DNA of 64,000 bases from Clostridiales bacterium (lineage in GTDB: Bacteria; Bacillota; Clostridia; Oscillospirales; CAG-272), in contig DURE01000006.1 in NCBI GenBank assembly GCA_012837425.1, positions 11,462-75,461 of the forward strand. Direction: 5' to 3'. The translations under genes and the position numbers were made by a program. The notes beneath the pieces were generated by a model. That model saw only the letters and a list, made by a program, of their open reading frames with translations, did no database searches and had not been told where the DNA came from. Shown piece by piece: positions 50,677 through 59,455 of this stretch; positions within the stretch are counted from its first letter, which is position 1, and the number at the start of each line of letters is the position of its first letter.

Positions 50677-51294
50677 CTATAACCTCCTGCTCCTGCTCTG
50701 CAGGGTTCTTCGGGCCGGCGGCAGGACGCTGAATTCGCTCCGGAGAATTGAGTATATGCAGACATTTTTGTACTCATCGCGGACATAAAGCGCGCTCCTG
50801 AGGGTCCCCTCGTAGGTCATTCCCGCCTTTTCCATCACCCGCCTTGAGGGCTCGTTCCCCTCCATGTGCCGGGCTTCAATGCGGTTGAGTTTCAAGTGCT
50901 CAAATCCGAACTTAAGCACGGCCAAGAGCGCCTCAAGGGCGTATTCCCGCCCCCAAAAGCGGGGGTTGAGCACATAGCCCACCTCGCCGATGTTTGAGAC
51001 ATAGTCAAACCTTGTAAACCCGCAGGTGCCTATCATTTTCCCGGTAACAGCGTCGGTCACCGCCCAATCAAAAAACTCCCCTGCCGCATATCTGGTTGAA
51101 ACATATTCGAGATAATCCCGGGTATAAAGGCGGTCGGGATGAGGGTTCCAGGTCAGGTATCTGGTCACGTCGGCGCGTTTTGCATATTCATGCATGTCAT
51201 CGGTGTCCCTCGCCAGCATCTTCCGCAAAACCAGCCTTTCGGTCCTCAGCTCAGGTATGTTGGAAAAAATCCGGTGTATCGTTTCTCTCTTCAT
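50677..51294 (-). CDS. GNAT acetyltransferase, RimJ/RimL-like
   Basis: LRTERLVLR, EVGY.L...FWG, N..S.RVMEK.GM..EG. Confidence 0.9.
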   Translation of the reverse strand: MKRETIHRIFSNIPELRTERLVLRKMLARDTDDMHEYAKRADVTRYLTWNPHPDRLYTRDYLEYVSTRYAAGEFFDWAVTDAVTGKMIGTCGFTRFDYVSNIGEVGYVLNPRFWGREYALEALLAVLKFGFEHLKLNRIEARHMEGNEPSRRVMEKAGMTYEGTLRSALYVRDEYKNVCIYSILRSEFSVLPPARRTLQSRSRRL

Positions 51295-51521
51295 CGCATT
51301 CTGCCCCGCTGTGGTATATTAGCGTCACATGTATTGGTTAATTATATATAATTTTTACGCTGATTTCAAGTCAATTTTTACAAAAAAACGCCTCCTGCCA
51401 AATTAATCTTTATTTTCGCCGGGTTGTATGATATAATTGTATTAATACTATCTACACGATAATATTGTAAAGTCCGACACCCGCACCTATAATTAACATC
51501 GAAAGGACAAGCCCTTCGCTC

Positions 51522-51944
51522 ATGGAGCGTGATTTTTACACCAGGGAGCTGCTAACACAAAAGCCGGCAGTACTGCTGTTGGGCTCAGGGGCAGAGCTGA
51601 CTGCATTTGTCCATGCTCTGAACAAAGATTATAACATCGAGCCCCGGGTTTATGCCGAGTCACGCTTTGCTTTTATTCCGGGGCTTTCGCGCGGCCGGTT
51701 TCAGCGCATAAAACACCCCGGCAACGAGTATTATATTATTCACACTCTGCTTGATTTTTACAGCGAATCCGACGACGCGCGGCAGACTGCTTTGCTTATA
51801 CCCTGTACCCCTTATTATGAGGATTTGGTAGCCCGTAATACCCGGCTGCTCGAACCATACTTCATAATAGAATCGTTAAAAAACCTTATGGACGTCCTTC
51901 CATCGCTGATGCCTAAAGCAAAAAAGGAGGTAAAAATGTGCTGA
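51522..51944 (+). CDS. Hypothetical protein resembling only the N-terminal (pre-ATP-grasp) domain of D-aspartate ligases
   Basis: LLLGS.., LLIPC..YY.DLV..N...L..YFI pattern; AAAGGA RBS; overlaps the racemase start. Confidence 0.55.
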   Translation: MERDFYTRELLTQKPAVLLLGSGAELTAFVHALNKDYNIEPRVYAESRFAFIPGLSRGRFQRIKHPGNEYYIIHTLLDFYSESDDARQTALLIPCTPYYEDLVARNTRLLEPYFIIESLKNLMDVLPSLMPKAKKEVKMC

Positions 51945-52687
51945 GCGGCAAAAAAACACTCGGAATTCTCGGCGGCCTCGGCCCTATGTCGAGCGCGTAT
52001 TTTTATGAGATGATAACTGCGCACACCCGGGCTGAGCGCGACCAGGACCATATTGATATAATCCTTTCCAGCCGCGCCTCAACCCCCGACCGCACGGCCT
52101 TCATCACCGGCGCCTCAACTGAGGACCCGCTGCCGGTAATGATCGGGGAAATATGCCGGCTGGCCGGGGCCGGAGCCGACATTATTGCCCTGCCCTGCAA
52201 TACCGCGCACTTTAATTACCACGCCATATCAAAGGCCTCCCCGGTTCCGGTCATTAATATCATAAAGCTCACGGTAGAGTACGCAAAATTCACCGGAGCA
52301 AAGAGGGTTGGGGTCATGTCCACCGAGGGGAGCTTCATATCCGGGGTCTTTGCCGCCGCCTGTCGGGAGGCGGGCATTGACTGTATCGAATGCCTCCCGG
52401 ATGGCCGTGCGGCGCTTACCGATATAATATATAACTCGATAAAACGCAGCAAAAAAGTCGACCCTGCCGCCTTTGAACGCGTGGCCGACCAGCTTGCCGG
52501 GCTGGGCGCCGACCGCATAATACTCGGCTGCACCGAGCTTTCACTTATCAAAAAGGAATTCTGCCTGTCCGACATATATATAGATTCTCTTGAGGTTCTG
52601 GCGGCCTGTGCCATTGAGGTCTGCGGCAGTAGCACCACCGGGTTTCCAGCGCCTCTTGAGAAATTTGCTAAATTATACAGGTTTTGA
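51938..52687 (+). CDS. Aspartate/glutamate racemase family protein (RacD-like)
   Basis: GILGGLGP, PDRT, PCNTAH and LGCTEL catalytic cysteines. Confidence 0.92.
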   Translation: MLSGKKTLGILGGLGPMSSAYFYEMITAHTRAERDQDHIDIILSSRASTPDRTAFITGASTEDPLPVMIGEICRLAGAGADIIALPCNTAHFNYHAISKASPVPVINIIKLTVEYAKFTGAKRVGVMSTEGSFISGVFAAACREAGIDCIECLPDGRAALTDIIYNSIKRSKKVDPAAFERVADQLAGLGADRIILGCTELSLIKKEFCLSDIYIDSLEVLAACAIEVCGSSTTGFPAPLEKFAKLYRF

Positions 52688-52697
52688 GGATGTGTAA

Positions 52698-54182
52698 ATG
52701 AAGCTGAGCGAACTTCTCTCCTCGGCGGGACTGCCTTGTGTCAACAAAAAACACGCCGGAATACAAATAGGCCATGTCTGCTGCGACTCAAGGGTCGCAA
52801 GAGCCGACTCGGTTTTTGTCTGTATCAGAGGGGCGGTTACCGACGGGCACCTCTACGCCCGGTCGGCATATAATCTGGGTTGCCTCGCTTTTGTGGGCGA
52901 ATACAAACTGGATTTGCCGGGCGACGCCGCTGTGGTGATCTGTGAAAATCCGCGCTTTGCACTGGCAAGGCTGTCGGCGGTCCTTTTCGGCTTTCCCTCC
53001 CGCCGGCTGAAGGTTATCGGAGTAACCGGCACAAAGGGCAAGACCACAACCGCCCTGATGATAGCCGGTATACTCAACCGCTGCGGCATACCGACCGGAT
53101 ACATCGGCTCCAACGGCATATTGTTCGATTCGTTCAGGCACCACACCGCCAACACGACCCCCGAGAGCTGCGATTTGCAGCGCTACATGTTTGAGATGGC
53201 CGAGTGCGGAATAAAATACCTCGCGCTCGAGGTCTCCTCGCAGGCGGTTTATCTTGAGCGCATACGCTATCTTGATTTTGACACCTGCGTTTTTACCAAC
53301 CTCTCGCCCGACCACATAGGCGGCGCCGAGCACCCGGATTTCAACCACTACAAGGCTTGTAAGGCAAGGCTTTTTTCCGAGTATAACCCTGCCCGGGCAG
53401 TAGTAAATGCAAACGACCCTCACACCCCCGATATTATCAGGAATTACAGGGGCGAAATCACAACCTTCGGGCTTGGCGGCAGCGCGCATATCACCGCCGG
53501 GAACATAACCCTGCTGAGCCCGGGGAATGTGCTCGGGACAGCCTTTGATTTTATATCCGGCACATACAAAAAAAGAACCACCCTGAGCCTGCCGGGGGAT
53601 TTTAATATTCAGAATGCGCTGGCCGCCGCGGCCGTGTGCCAAAAAATCATCCCGGACACCGACAAAATTCTCTCGGTGCTTGAAGATATAAAGGTTGAGG
53701 GCAGGTTTGAATGTATGGACGCCCTGCCGTATGCCACAATAGTCATAGACTACGCCCATAACGGTATCAGCCTCTCGTCGGTCCTCCGGACGCTCAGAGC
53801 ATATAACCCCAGGCGGCTTATCTGCCTGCTTGGCTCTGTGGGAGGGCGCACACAGATGCGCCGCCGCGAGCTTGGCGCCATAGCCTCCGCGCTCTGCGAT
53901 TTCTGCATTCTCACCGCCGACAACCCCGACTGCGAGGACCCGGTGCTGGTAATCCGCGACATCGCATCAGCCTTTGTTCCGGGCGGCTGTGACTATATTT
54001 CGATTCCCGACCGGCGCGAGGCTATCATGTTTGCCGTCGGCATGCTGCGCGAAGGCGACATACTGCTGCTTGCCGGAAAGGGGCATGAAAACTACCAGTT
54101 GATTAAGGGAATCAAGTGGCCCTTCAGTGAGAAGGAAATAGTCCTTGAGGCGGCAGCAAGGATCCTGAAATCTCCGGTATAG
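52698..54182 (+). CDS. murE: MurE ligase (third amino acid of the stem peptide)
   Basis: DSR, DGH, VTGTKGKTTT, TTPE, EVSSQ, DYAHN, DNP, AGKGHE. Confidence 0.92.
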   Translation: MKLSELLSSAGLPCVNKKHAGIQIGHVCCDSRVARADSVFVCIRGAVTDGHLYARSAYNLGCLAFVGEYKLDLPGDAAVVICENPRFALARLSAVLFGFPSRRLKVIGVTGTKGKTTTALMIAGILNRCGIPTGYIGSNGILFDSFRHHTANTTPESCDLQRYMFEMAECGIKYLALEVSSQAVYLERIRYLDFDTCVFTNLSPDHIGGAEHPDFNHYKACKARLFSEYNPARAVVNANDPHTPDIIRNYRGEITTFGLGGSAHITAGNITLLSPGNVLGTAFDFISGTYKKRTTLSLPGDFNIQNALAAAAVCQKIIPDTDKILSVLEDIKVEGRFECMDALPYATIVIDYAHNGISLSSVLRTLRAYNPRRLICLLGSVGGRTQMRRRELGAIASALCDFCILTADNPDCEDPVLVIRDIASAFVPGGCDYISIPDRREAIMFAVGMLREGDILLLAGKGHENYQLIKGIKWPFSEKEIVLEAAARILKSPV

Positions 54183-54226
54183 GCTAAGCATATCATTCGG
54201 ATAAAAAGTTCAGCCTGATAATACAT

Positions 54227-54256
54227 CAAAACACACCGATTTTCGGGTGTGTTTTT
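54227..54256 (+). terminator. Terminator after murE
   Basis: aaaacacaccga...tcgggtgtgttttt. Confidence 0.7.
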
Positions 54257-54280
54257 CTGTGTTTATTCCTCTGCTCATGC

Positions 54281-54473
54281 CCTCGCGCTGCTTTTCCTGA
54301 TGTCAGTCAGTATACTAAAGGCAGCAGAGCGCGGGATGCTGGGCCCGCGCTGCTTTATTTGCGATATAGTTTAAAGTTTCAAGGAACTTTTTTCAAGATA
54401 GTTCCTTGAGCGGGGGTGTGGGGGCAGCGCCCCTGCGAGCGGTTCCCCGTGGGGCAGTATCCACACGCACCCC
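54281..54473 (+). repeat. Composite intergenic repeat, modules C+B+D+A (locus 4)
   Basis: cgcgctgcttttcctgatgtcagtcag...ggcagcagagcgcggga...cccgcgctgc; aaggaact...agttcctt; gagcgggggtgtgggggcagcgcccc. Confidence 0.85.
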
Positions 54474-55595
54474 CTATTTCCAATCATCGCTCCGGTCGCC
54501 GGGGATGACATTTTTCAGGGCCACAATGGCGCACTCCAGCATGTCGTCGTCGGGCTCTTTAGTAGTAATCCGCTGCAGCCAGAGACCGGGAGCAGAAATT
54601 ATTCTTATGAGCAGGTTATCGCGCTTCCCGGCAATTCGTATCAGCTCGTAACCGAGGCTCATCATAACCGGCAGCAGGCTTATTCCTATCAGGGACCTGA
54701 GTATCACGTTGAGCGTCCCGTTCTCGCTCAGGTTTGCCGGGATGAACATCGTGATAATTATGCTCACAAGAAGAATAAGAATCAGAAACGACGTGCCGCA
54801 CCTGGGGTGAAAGCGCTTCTGCGCTCTGGCGTTCTCGACTGTCAGCTCGAGCCCCGCCTCGTAGCAGGCTACCGTCTTGTGCTCGGCGCCATGATAGGCA
54901 AAGGTGCGCCTTATGTCTCTCAAAAGGGTCACAAACACCAGATAGCCTATCAGAATTGCGATTTTCAGAATGCCGACAAACAGCGACCTGATAAGCTGAT
55001 ACCGATATCCCGAGCCAGACAGGGCCGGAAAAAACTTTTTGAGCAGCTCGTAGAGCGTCTCGGGTAAAACCTTAAAAAGGACCAGTGCCAGCACAAACCC
55101 CAAAACCGTGGCGATAATCATTACCGCCGTCATCCTGCCGTCAGAGGCTTTTTCCCGGTTTTGGTCTGTCTTATCTTCGGGCGAAACAGCCGCTGCCTGA
55201 GCTTCCTGACTTTTTTCAGCAGCAGGCTTGACTGCTCCCGCAGCCTGCAGGCCGTTGTCACGTCTTTCGGTTTTCTTTTCTTTCTTTTCGTTTTCAGCAT
55301 CGTCAAGCCCGGCTATCTCGGCCGAGCGCATAAGGCACCTGTAGCCGTAGCGCATCGAATCCACAAAGCCGAACACCCCGCGAAAAAAAGGCCAGCGGAA
55401 AAACTTCGGCTTTCCCGACATGTCACAGTCCCAGGTCTCGACAACCATCTGGTGGCTTGGGTCGCGCACCGCCATCGAGATTCTTTTCGGACCGCGCATC
55501 ATTATCCCTTCAATGAGCGCCTGGCCGCCTATTGTGGTTTTCTTTTTTATCCGAGCCGGCGAAAGAGCGCCGGAGTCTTCCTTACCTGTGGTCAA
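54474..55595 (-). CDS. DUF1385 domain membrane protein
   Basis: IGGQALIEGIMMR, YHGAEHK, HPRCGTSF, PGLWLQ..TT.EP. Confidence 0.93.
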   Translation of the reverse strand: MTTGKEDSGALSPARIKKKTTIGGQALIEGIMMRGPKRISMAVRDPSHQMVVETWDCDMSGKPKFFRWPFFRGVFGFVDSMRYGYRCLMRSAEIAGLDDAENEKKEKKTERRDNGLQAAGAVKPAAEKSQEAQAAAVSPEDKTDQNREKASDGRMTAVMIIATVLGFVLALVLFKVLPETLYELLKKFFPALSGSGYRYQLIRSLFVGILKIAILIGYLVFVTLLRDIRRTFAYHGAEHKTVACYEAGLELTVENARAQKRFHPRCGTSFLILILLVSIIITMFIPANLSENGTLNVILRSLIGISLLPVMMSLGYELIRIAGKRDNLLIRIISAPGLWLQRITTKEPDDDMLECAIVALKNVIPGDRSDDWK

Positions 55596-55623
55596 TTTCG
55601 CTTTCTCCTTGTAAGATAGGGGT

Positions 55624-56766
55624 TCAGATTTCCATGGTCATCTGGCTGCTGCCCATCGCCGACATGTGCTTTTCGACCAGATTGTGAATGCGCTGCACCG
55701 GGTCAAGGAGGTTGCTTATCGAGCCATCATGGTTTAATGTGTCAATTATGTATGACACATACTTGCACATATTGACCTCACAGTACCACGGAGCGGCAAG
55801 CAGCTCGGGGGTGCGGTAAATCAGATTGGTGGTAAAAATCTTGTCAATCAGCCCTTCCTCGTAGGCCCTGTTGAACTTCTCAATTCCGTCGGTAAAGAGC
55901 CCGAAGGTGACAAAGGCAAAGATGCGTTTGGCGCCTTTAGCCTTTATCTGTTGCGCCACCTCAATGAGTGAGTCGCCCGAGGAAATAATGTCGTCAACTA
56001 TTATGACGTCCATGTCGGCCGGGTCTCCCCCGAGATACTCGTGTGCTATAATCGGGTTGCGCCCGTTGATTATTTTTGTGTAGTCGCGGCGCTTGTGGAA
56101 CATTCCGACATCAATTCCGAGCACCGAGGCATAGTACATGCAGCGCCCCATCGCGCCCTCGTCGGGGGATATTATGATAAGGTAATCTTTATCAATAAGG
56201 ATATCTGGTACGTTTCTCACCAGTGCTTTTATCATCTGATAAGCCGGGCGGACACTGTCAAACCCACAGAGCGGAATCGCATTCTGAACCCTTGAATCGT
56301 GTGCATCAAAGGTTATGATGTTGGCCGCGCCCATAGCGTGCAGTTCCTGCAGCATCATCGCACAGTCGAGCGACTCGCGCGACAGTCGCTTGTCCTGTCT
56401 GCCTTCATAAAGCATGGGCATTATAACCGATACGCGTCTTGCCTTTCCGCCGGCTGCAGATATAAGCCGCTTTAGGTCAGCGTAATGGTCGTCGGGACTC
56501 ATCGGAACGGTTTTTCCGTACATATTGTAGGTTACACCGTGATTGAATACATCGCAGATGATATAGAGGTCATGTCCGCGCATTGACTGAAATATGAGAC
56601 CCTTTGCTTCGCCCGAGCCGAAGCGCGGGCATTCGTGCCTGACAAAATAGGTCTCGTTCTGAGGACGGCCCCGCCACTCCTTGAGGTAATAGTCGACCTG
56701 AGTGCCGAACTCCTCGCATCCCTTCATTGCAATTACACTGAGCTCGCCGAAAAGCGTATCGTTCAT
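55624..56766 (-). CDS. prs: Ribose-phosphate pyrophosphokinase
   Basis: F.SGE, Y.GRQD, D.H, SPDEG, VDDIISSG.S PRPP-binding motif. Confidence 0.9.
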   Translation of the reverse strand: MNDTLFGELSVIAMKGCEEFGTQVDYYLKEWRGRPQNETYFVRHECPRFGSGEAKGLIFQSMRGHDLYIICDVFNHGVTYNMYGKTVPMSPDDHYADLKRLISAAGGKARRVSVIMPMLYEGRQDKRLSRESLDCAMMLQELHAMGAANIITFDAHDSRVQNAIPLCGFDSVRPAYQMIKALVRNVPDILIDKDYLIIISPDEGAMGRCMYYASVLGIDVGMFHKRRDYTKIINGRNPIIAHEYLGGDPADMDVIIVDDIISSGDSLIEVAQQIKAKGAKRIFAFVTFGLFTDGIEKFNRAYEEGLIDKIFTTNLIYRTPELLAAPWYCEVNMCKYVSYIIDTLNHDGSISNLLDPVQRIHNLVEKHMSAMGSSQMTMEI

Positions 56767-56924
56767 TATACCCTCCTGCGTTTTACCTTTTTCAATTCTG
56801 CCGCAATAACATTATAACACATAAAAGGCGCTTTGAGAAGACGTTTCGCTCATTTCCGAGCTGTCCTGGCCTGATTTGGCGTTATAGATAATTCGCCGAA
56901 GAGTTGCAGTTGCTTTTTAGAATA

Positions 56925-57887
56925 TTATAACCATCCGATGCTTTTCATAACAAAAATTCCCGAAAAAAGCGTTATGGGACAGAGCATTGAGGTAAGCAGC
57001 AGAATCTGCCCCGCCAGTTCGCCATCGCTTTTCATGTTCTTTGCCATGATATAGCTTGCCACCGCGGCCGGCGAGCCGAAAAGCACAAATATCAGCCCCA
57101 GCTCCAGCCCGCGAAGCCCCGACAAATAGGCCGATACTGTCATGAGTGCCGGCAGTAATACCACCTTCACAAGCGAGGCTGCCAGCGAATACTTGATCTT
57201 TCCGACAAGCGCCATGCCGCTCATCCCCGCGCCAAGACTGATGAGCGAGACGGCAAAGGTCGCGTCTGCAAGGTAGCTGAGTGAGTCCTCGGCAAACCGC
57301 GGTAGCGGGATTTCAAGGAGCATAAAGGGGAGCCCGAGTATGACCGCGATAATCAGCGGGTTTTTCAGAGTGCTGACAACTATGGCACTAATTGTTCTGG
57401 CAAGGCTCGGCTTTGTGTCGCGCGGCGCAAAAACGCTCAGCACAATAACTGAGTAGACATTGTACAAAATCGTGACCGGGGGCATCAGCATGGCCATCAA
57501 CGCCACCCCAGTCTCCCCGAACATGGCGGCAGCCAGCGGCACGCCTAAAATCGAAAAATTCGACCTGAAGGCCCCCTGAATCATGGCGCCGCGCTTGTCA
57601 TTTTCCCGGACAAATATCGGAAAAACAAGACCGCACAATACAAAGCTGAGCGTAATTCCGGCGCAGGCCAGCACAATAAGCTGCAGCTGCCCGGCGCTGT
57701 CCTCCATCCGGCTTTTGGCCGTCCCCAGAAACATCAGGCTCGGCAGCATGACCTTGAATACCAGCTTGTCGGCCGTAGTCAAGAAGCCATCAGTTAGGAA
57801 ATTTGTGCGCTTGAATATATAACCAAGCGCCACCAGTATGAAAACCGGCAATATCACATTGATGCTGTATACGAAATTATCCCACAT
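56925..57887 (-). CDS. AEC (auxin efflux carrier) family transporter
   Basis: About ten TM segments, FRSN...G.P, KNP.I.A, P.AV.SY.M. Confidence 0.88.
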   Translation of the reverse strand: MWDNFVYSINVILPVFILVALGYIFKRTNFLTDGFLTTADKLVFKVMLPSLMFLGTAKSRMEDSAGQLQLIVLACAGITLSFVLCGLVFPIFVRENDKRGAMIQGAFRSNFSILGVPLAAAMFGETGVALMAMLMPPVTILYNVYSVIVLSVFAPRDTKPSLARTISAIVVSTLKNPLIIAVILGLPFMLLEIPLPRFAEDSLSYLADATFAVSLISLGAGMSGMALVGKIKYSLAASLVKVVLLPALMTVSAYLSGLRGLELGLIFVLFGSPAAVASYIMAKNMKSDGELAGQILLLTSMLCPITLFSGIFVMKSIGWL

Positions 57888-57952
57888 ATCTTTTCTGCCC
57901 CTGCCCCGCGGCGGCAGCGCCTGCTGCCGCGGCGTACAACAGAGGGGTAATG

Positions 57953-59440
57953 CTACTCTCCTATCAAATTCCTAAATCTGACATAAGCATCATCCCATAC
58001 CCCGGTATCTTCGGGAATGTATAACTCCGGAGCAAAGGAGTCGGCTATCAGCTCTCTTGCCTCGGCCAGGTTCCGCAACTCGCTCGACGCTATGAGCTGC
58101 ACGGCTATGTTGCCGGCCGCCGTTGCCTCAAACGGCCCGGTGGTCACCGGCATGCCGCAGGCATTTGCCGTCATTTGGTTGAGCAGGGCAGCCTGTGAGC
58201 CGCCGCCTACGATATTGATGCCGGCCGGCTTTATACCGGTCAGCCGGCAGAGCTGCCATGCGGTCATGCGGTATTTTAGCGCCAGACTCTCGTAAATGCA
58301 GCGCACAACCTCGCCCGGGGTCCCGGGCACATGCTGACCGGTCTTTGAGCAGTACTCTTTTATCCGCCGCGGCATATCTCCGGGGGCGGTATAGTCCGGG
58401 TCGTCGGGATTTATAAGGCAGGTAAAAGGCTTTGCAGCCTTTGCCAGCTCCTCAAGCTCCGAGAAGCTGTATTCTTTGCCCTCGCGCTGCCATTGCCGCC
58501 TTGACTCCTGCACAATCCAGAGTCCCATGATGTTCTTTAAAAATCGTATCCTGCCCCCGGCGCCGCCCTCGTTGGTGTAGTTATAACGGCAGGTATCAGG
58601 GTTTACCAGCGGCCCGGGCAGCTCGGTCCCCAGCAGCGACCAGGTCCCGCTGCTGATGTAAATAAAGTCTCCCTTCCCCCTCACCGGCACCGATATTACC
58701 GCGCTGGCGGTGTCGTGCGAGGCGACGTTTATCACCTGCGCATCTGTCTTGCCCGTGTCAATCAGCACGTCCGGCAGCAGTCTCCCGAGCAGGTTCCCGG
58801 GCTTTACAACCGGCGAAAAGAGCTCTGTTGGTATGTCGAGCCTGCCGAGCAGTTCATCGGCGAGCCTCCCTTCTCCGGCCCGAAGTATGGCGCCGGTTGA
58901 AGCTATCGTGTATTCGGTCGCCATAACCCCGGTTAGGAAGTAATTCAGCAAATCCGGAATAAAGAGCAGCCGGCCGGCCCGCCTGAGTGTGTCAGGGTCG
59001 TCGCGGTTCTCGGCAACCAGCTGATACAGGGTATTGAAATCCATCGACTGTATTCCGGTAGCTGCATATATTTCATCTGTGCCAAGGCCGTATGCCTGCT
59101 TTATGTAGCCGCCTATCCCGGCTGTGCGCCGGTCGCGGTAGTGTACCGGGTTTGACATAAGCCGCCCCTGTTTGTTAAGCAGGCCGTAGTCTACCCCCCA
59201 GGTGTCAATTCCGATGCTTGCTACCTCGTCGCCGTCAAGCACGCTGTGCCTTATAGTCTTTTTTATCTCGTGAAAGAGCCGCAGAATATCCCAGTGGAGC
59301 CGGTCTCCCAGCATTACCGGCTCGTTGGTAAAGCGGCTTGTTTCGCGCAGCGTGAGCTTCCTGCCGTCAAAGCCGCCGACAATGCCCCTGCCGCTTGACG
59401 CCCCGAGGTCAATTGCCAAAAAGTTTTTTGTCCTGCCCAT
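57953..59440 (-). CDS. rhaB: Rhamnulokinase-family (FGGY) sugar kinase
   Basis: DLGASSGR, IDTWGVDY, SHDTASA, SSGTWSL.G, NI.GLW..QE, GP.EATA.GN. Confidence 0.88.
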   Translation of the reverse strand: MGRTKNFLAIDLGASSGRGIVGGFDGRKLTLRETSRFTNEPVMLGDRLHWDILRLFHEIKKTIRHSVLDGDEVASIGIDTWGVDYGLLNKQGRLMSNPVHYRDRRTAGIGGYIKQAYGLGTDEIYAATGIQSMDFNTLYQLVAENRDDPDTLRRAGRLLFIPDLLNYFLTGVMATEYTIASTGAILRAGEGRLADELLGRLDIPTELFSPVVKPGNLLGRLLPDVLIDTGKTDAQVINVASHDTASAVISVPVRGKGDFIYISSGTWSLLGTELPGPLVNPDTCRYNYTNEGGAGGRIRFLKNIMGLWIVQESRRQWQREGKEYSFSELEELAKAAKPFTCLINPDDPDYTAPGDMPRRIKEYCSKTGQHVPGTPGEVVRCIYESLALKYRMTAWQLCRLTGIKPAGINIVGGGSQAALLNQMTANACGMPVTTGPFEATAAGNIAVQLIASSELRNLAEARELIADSFAPELYIPEDTGVWDDAYVRFRNLIGE

Positions 59441-59455
59441 TTCCCTCGTTCTCCT

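Noticed and set aside
52788-53759. Long antisense ORFs (also 46968-47843, 37901-38653 and 59990-60682)
   Set aside because: Shadow frames of GC-rich real genes, with no motifs
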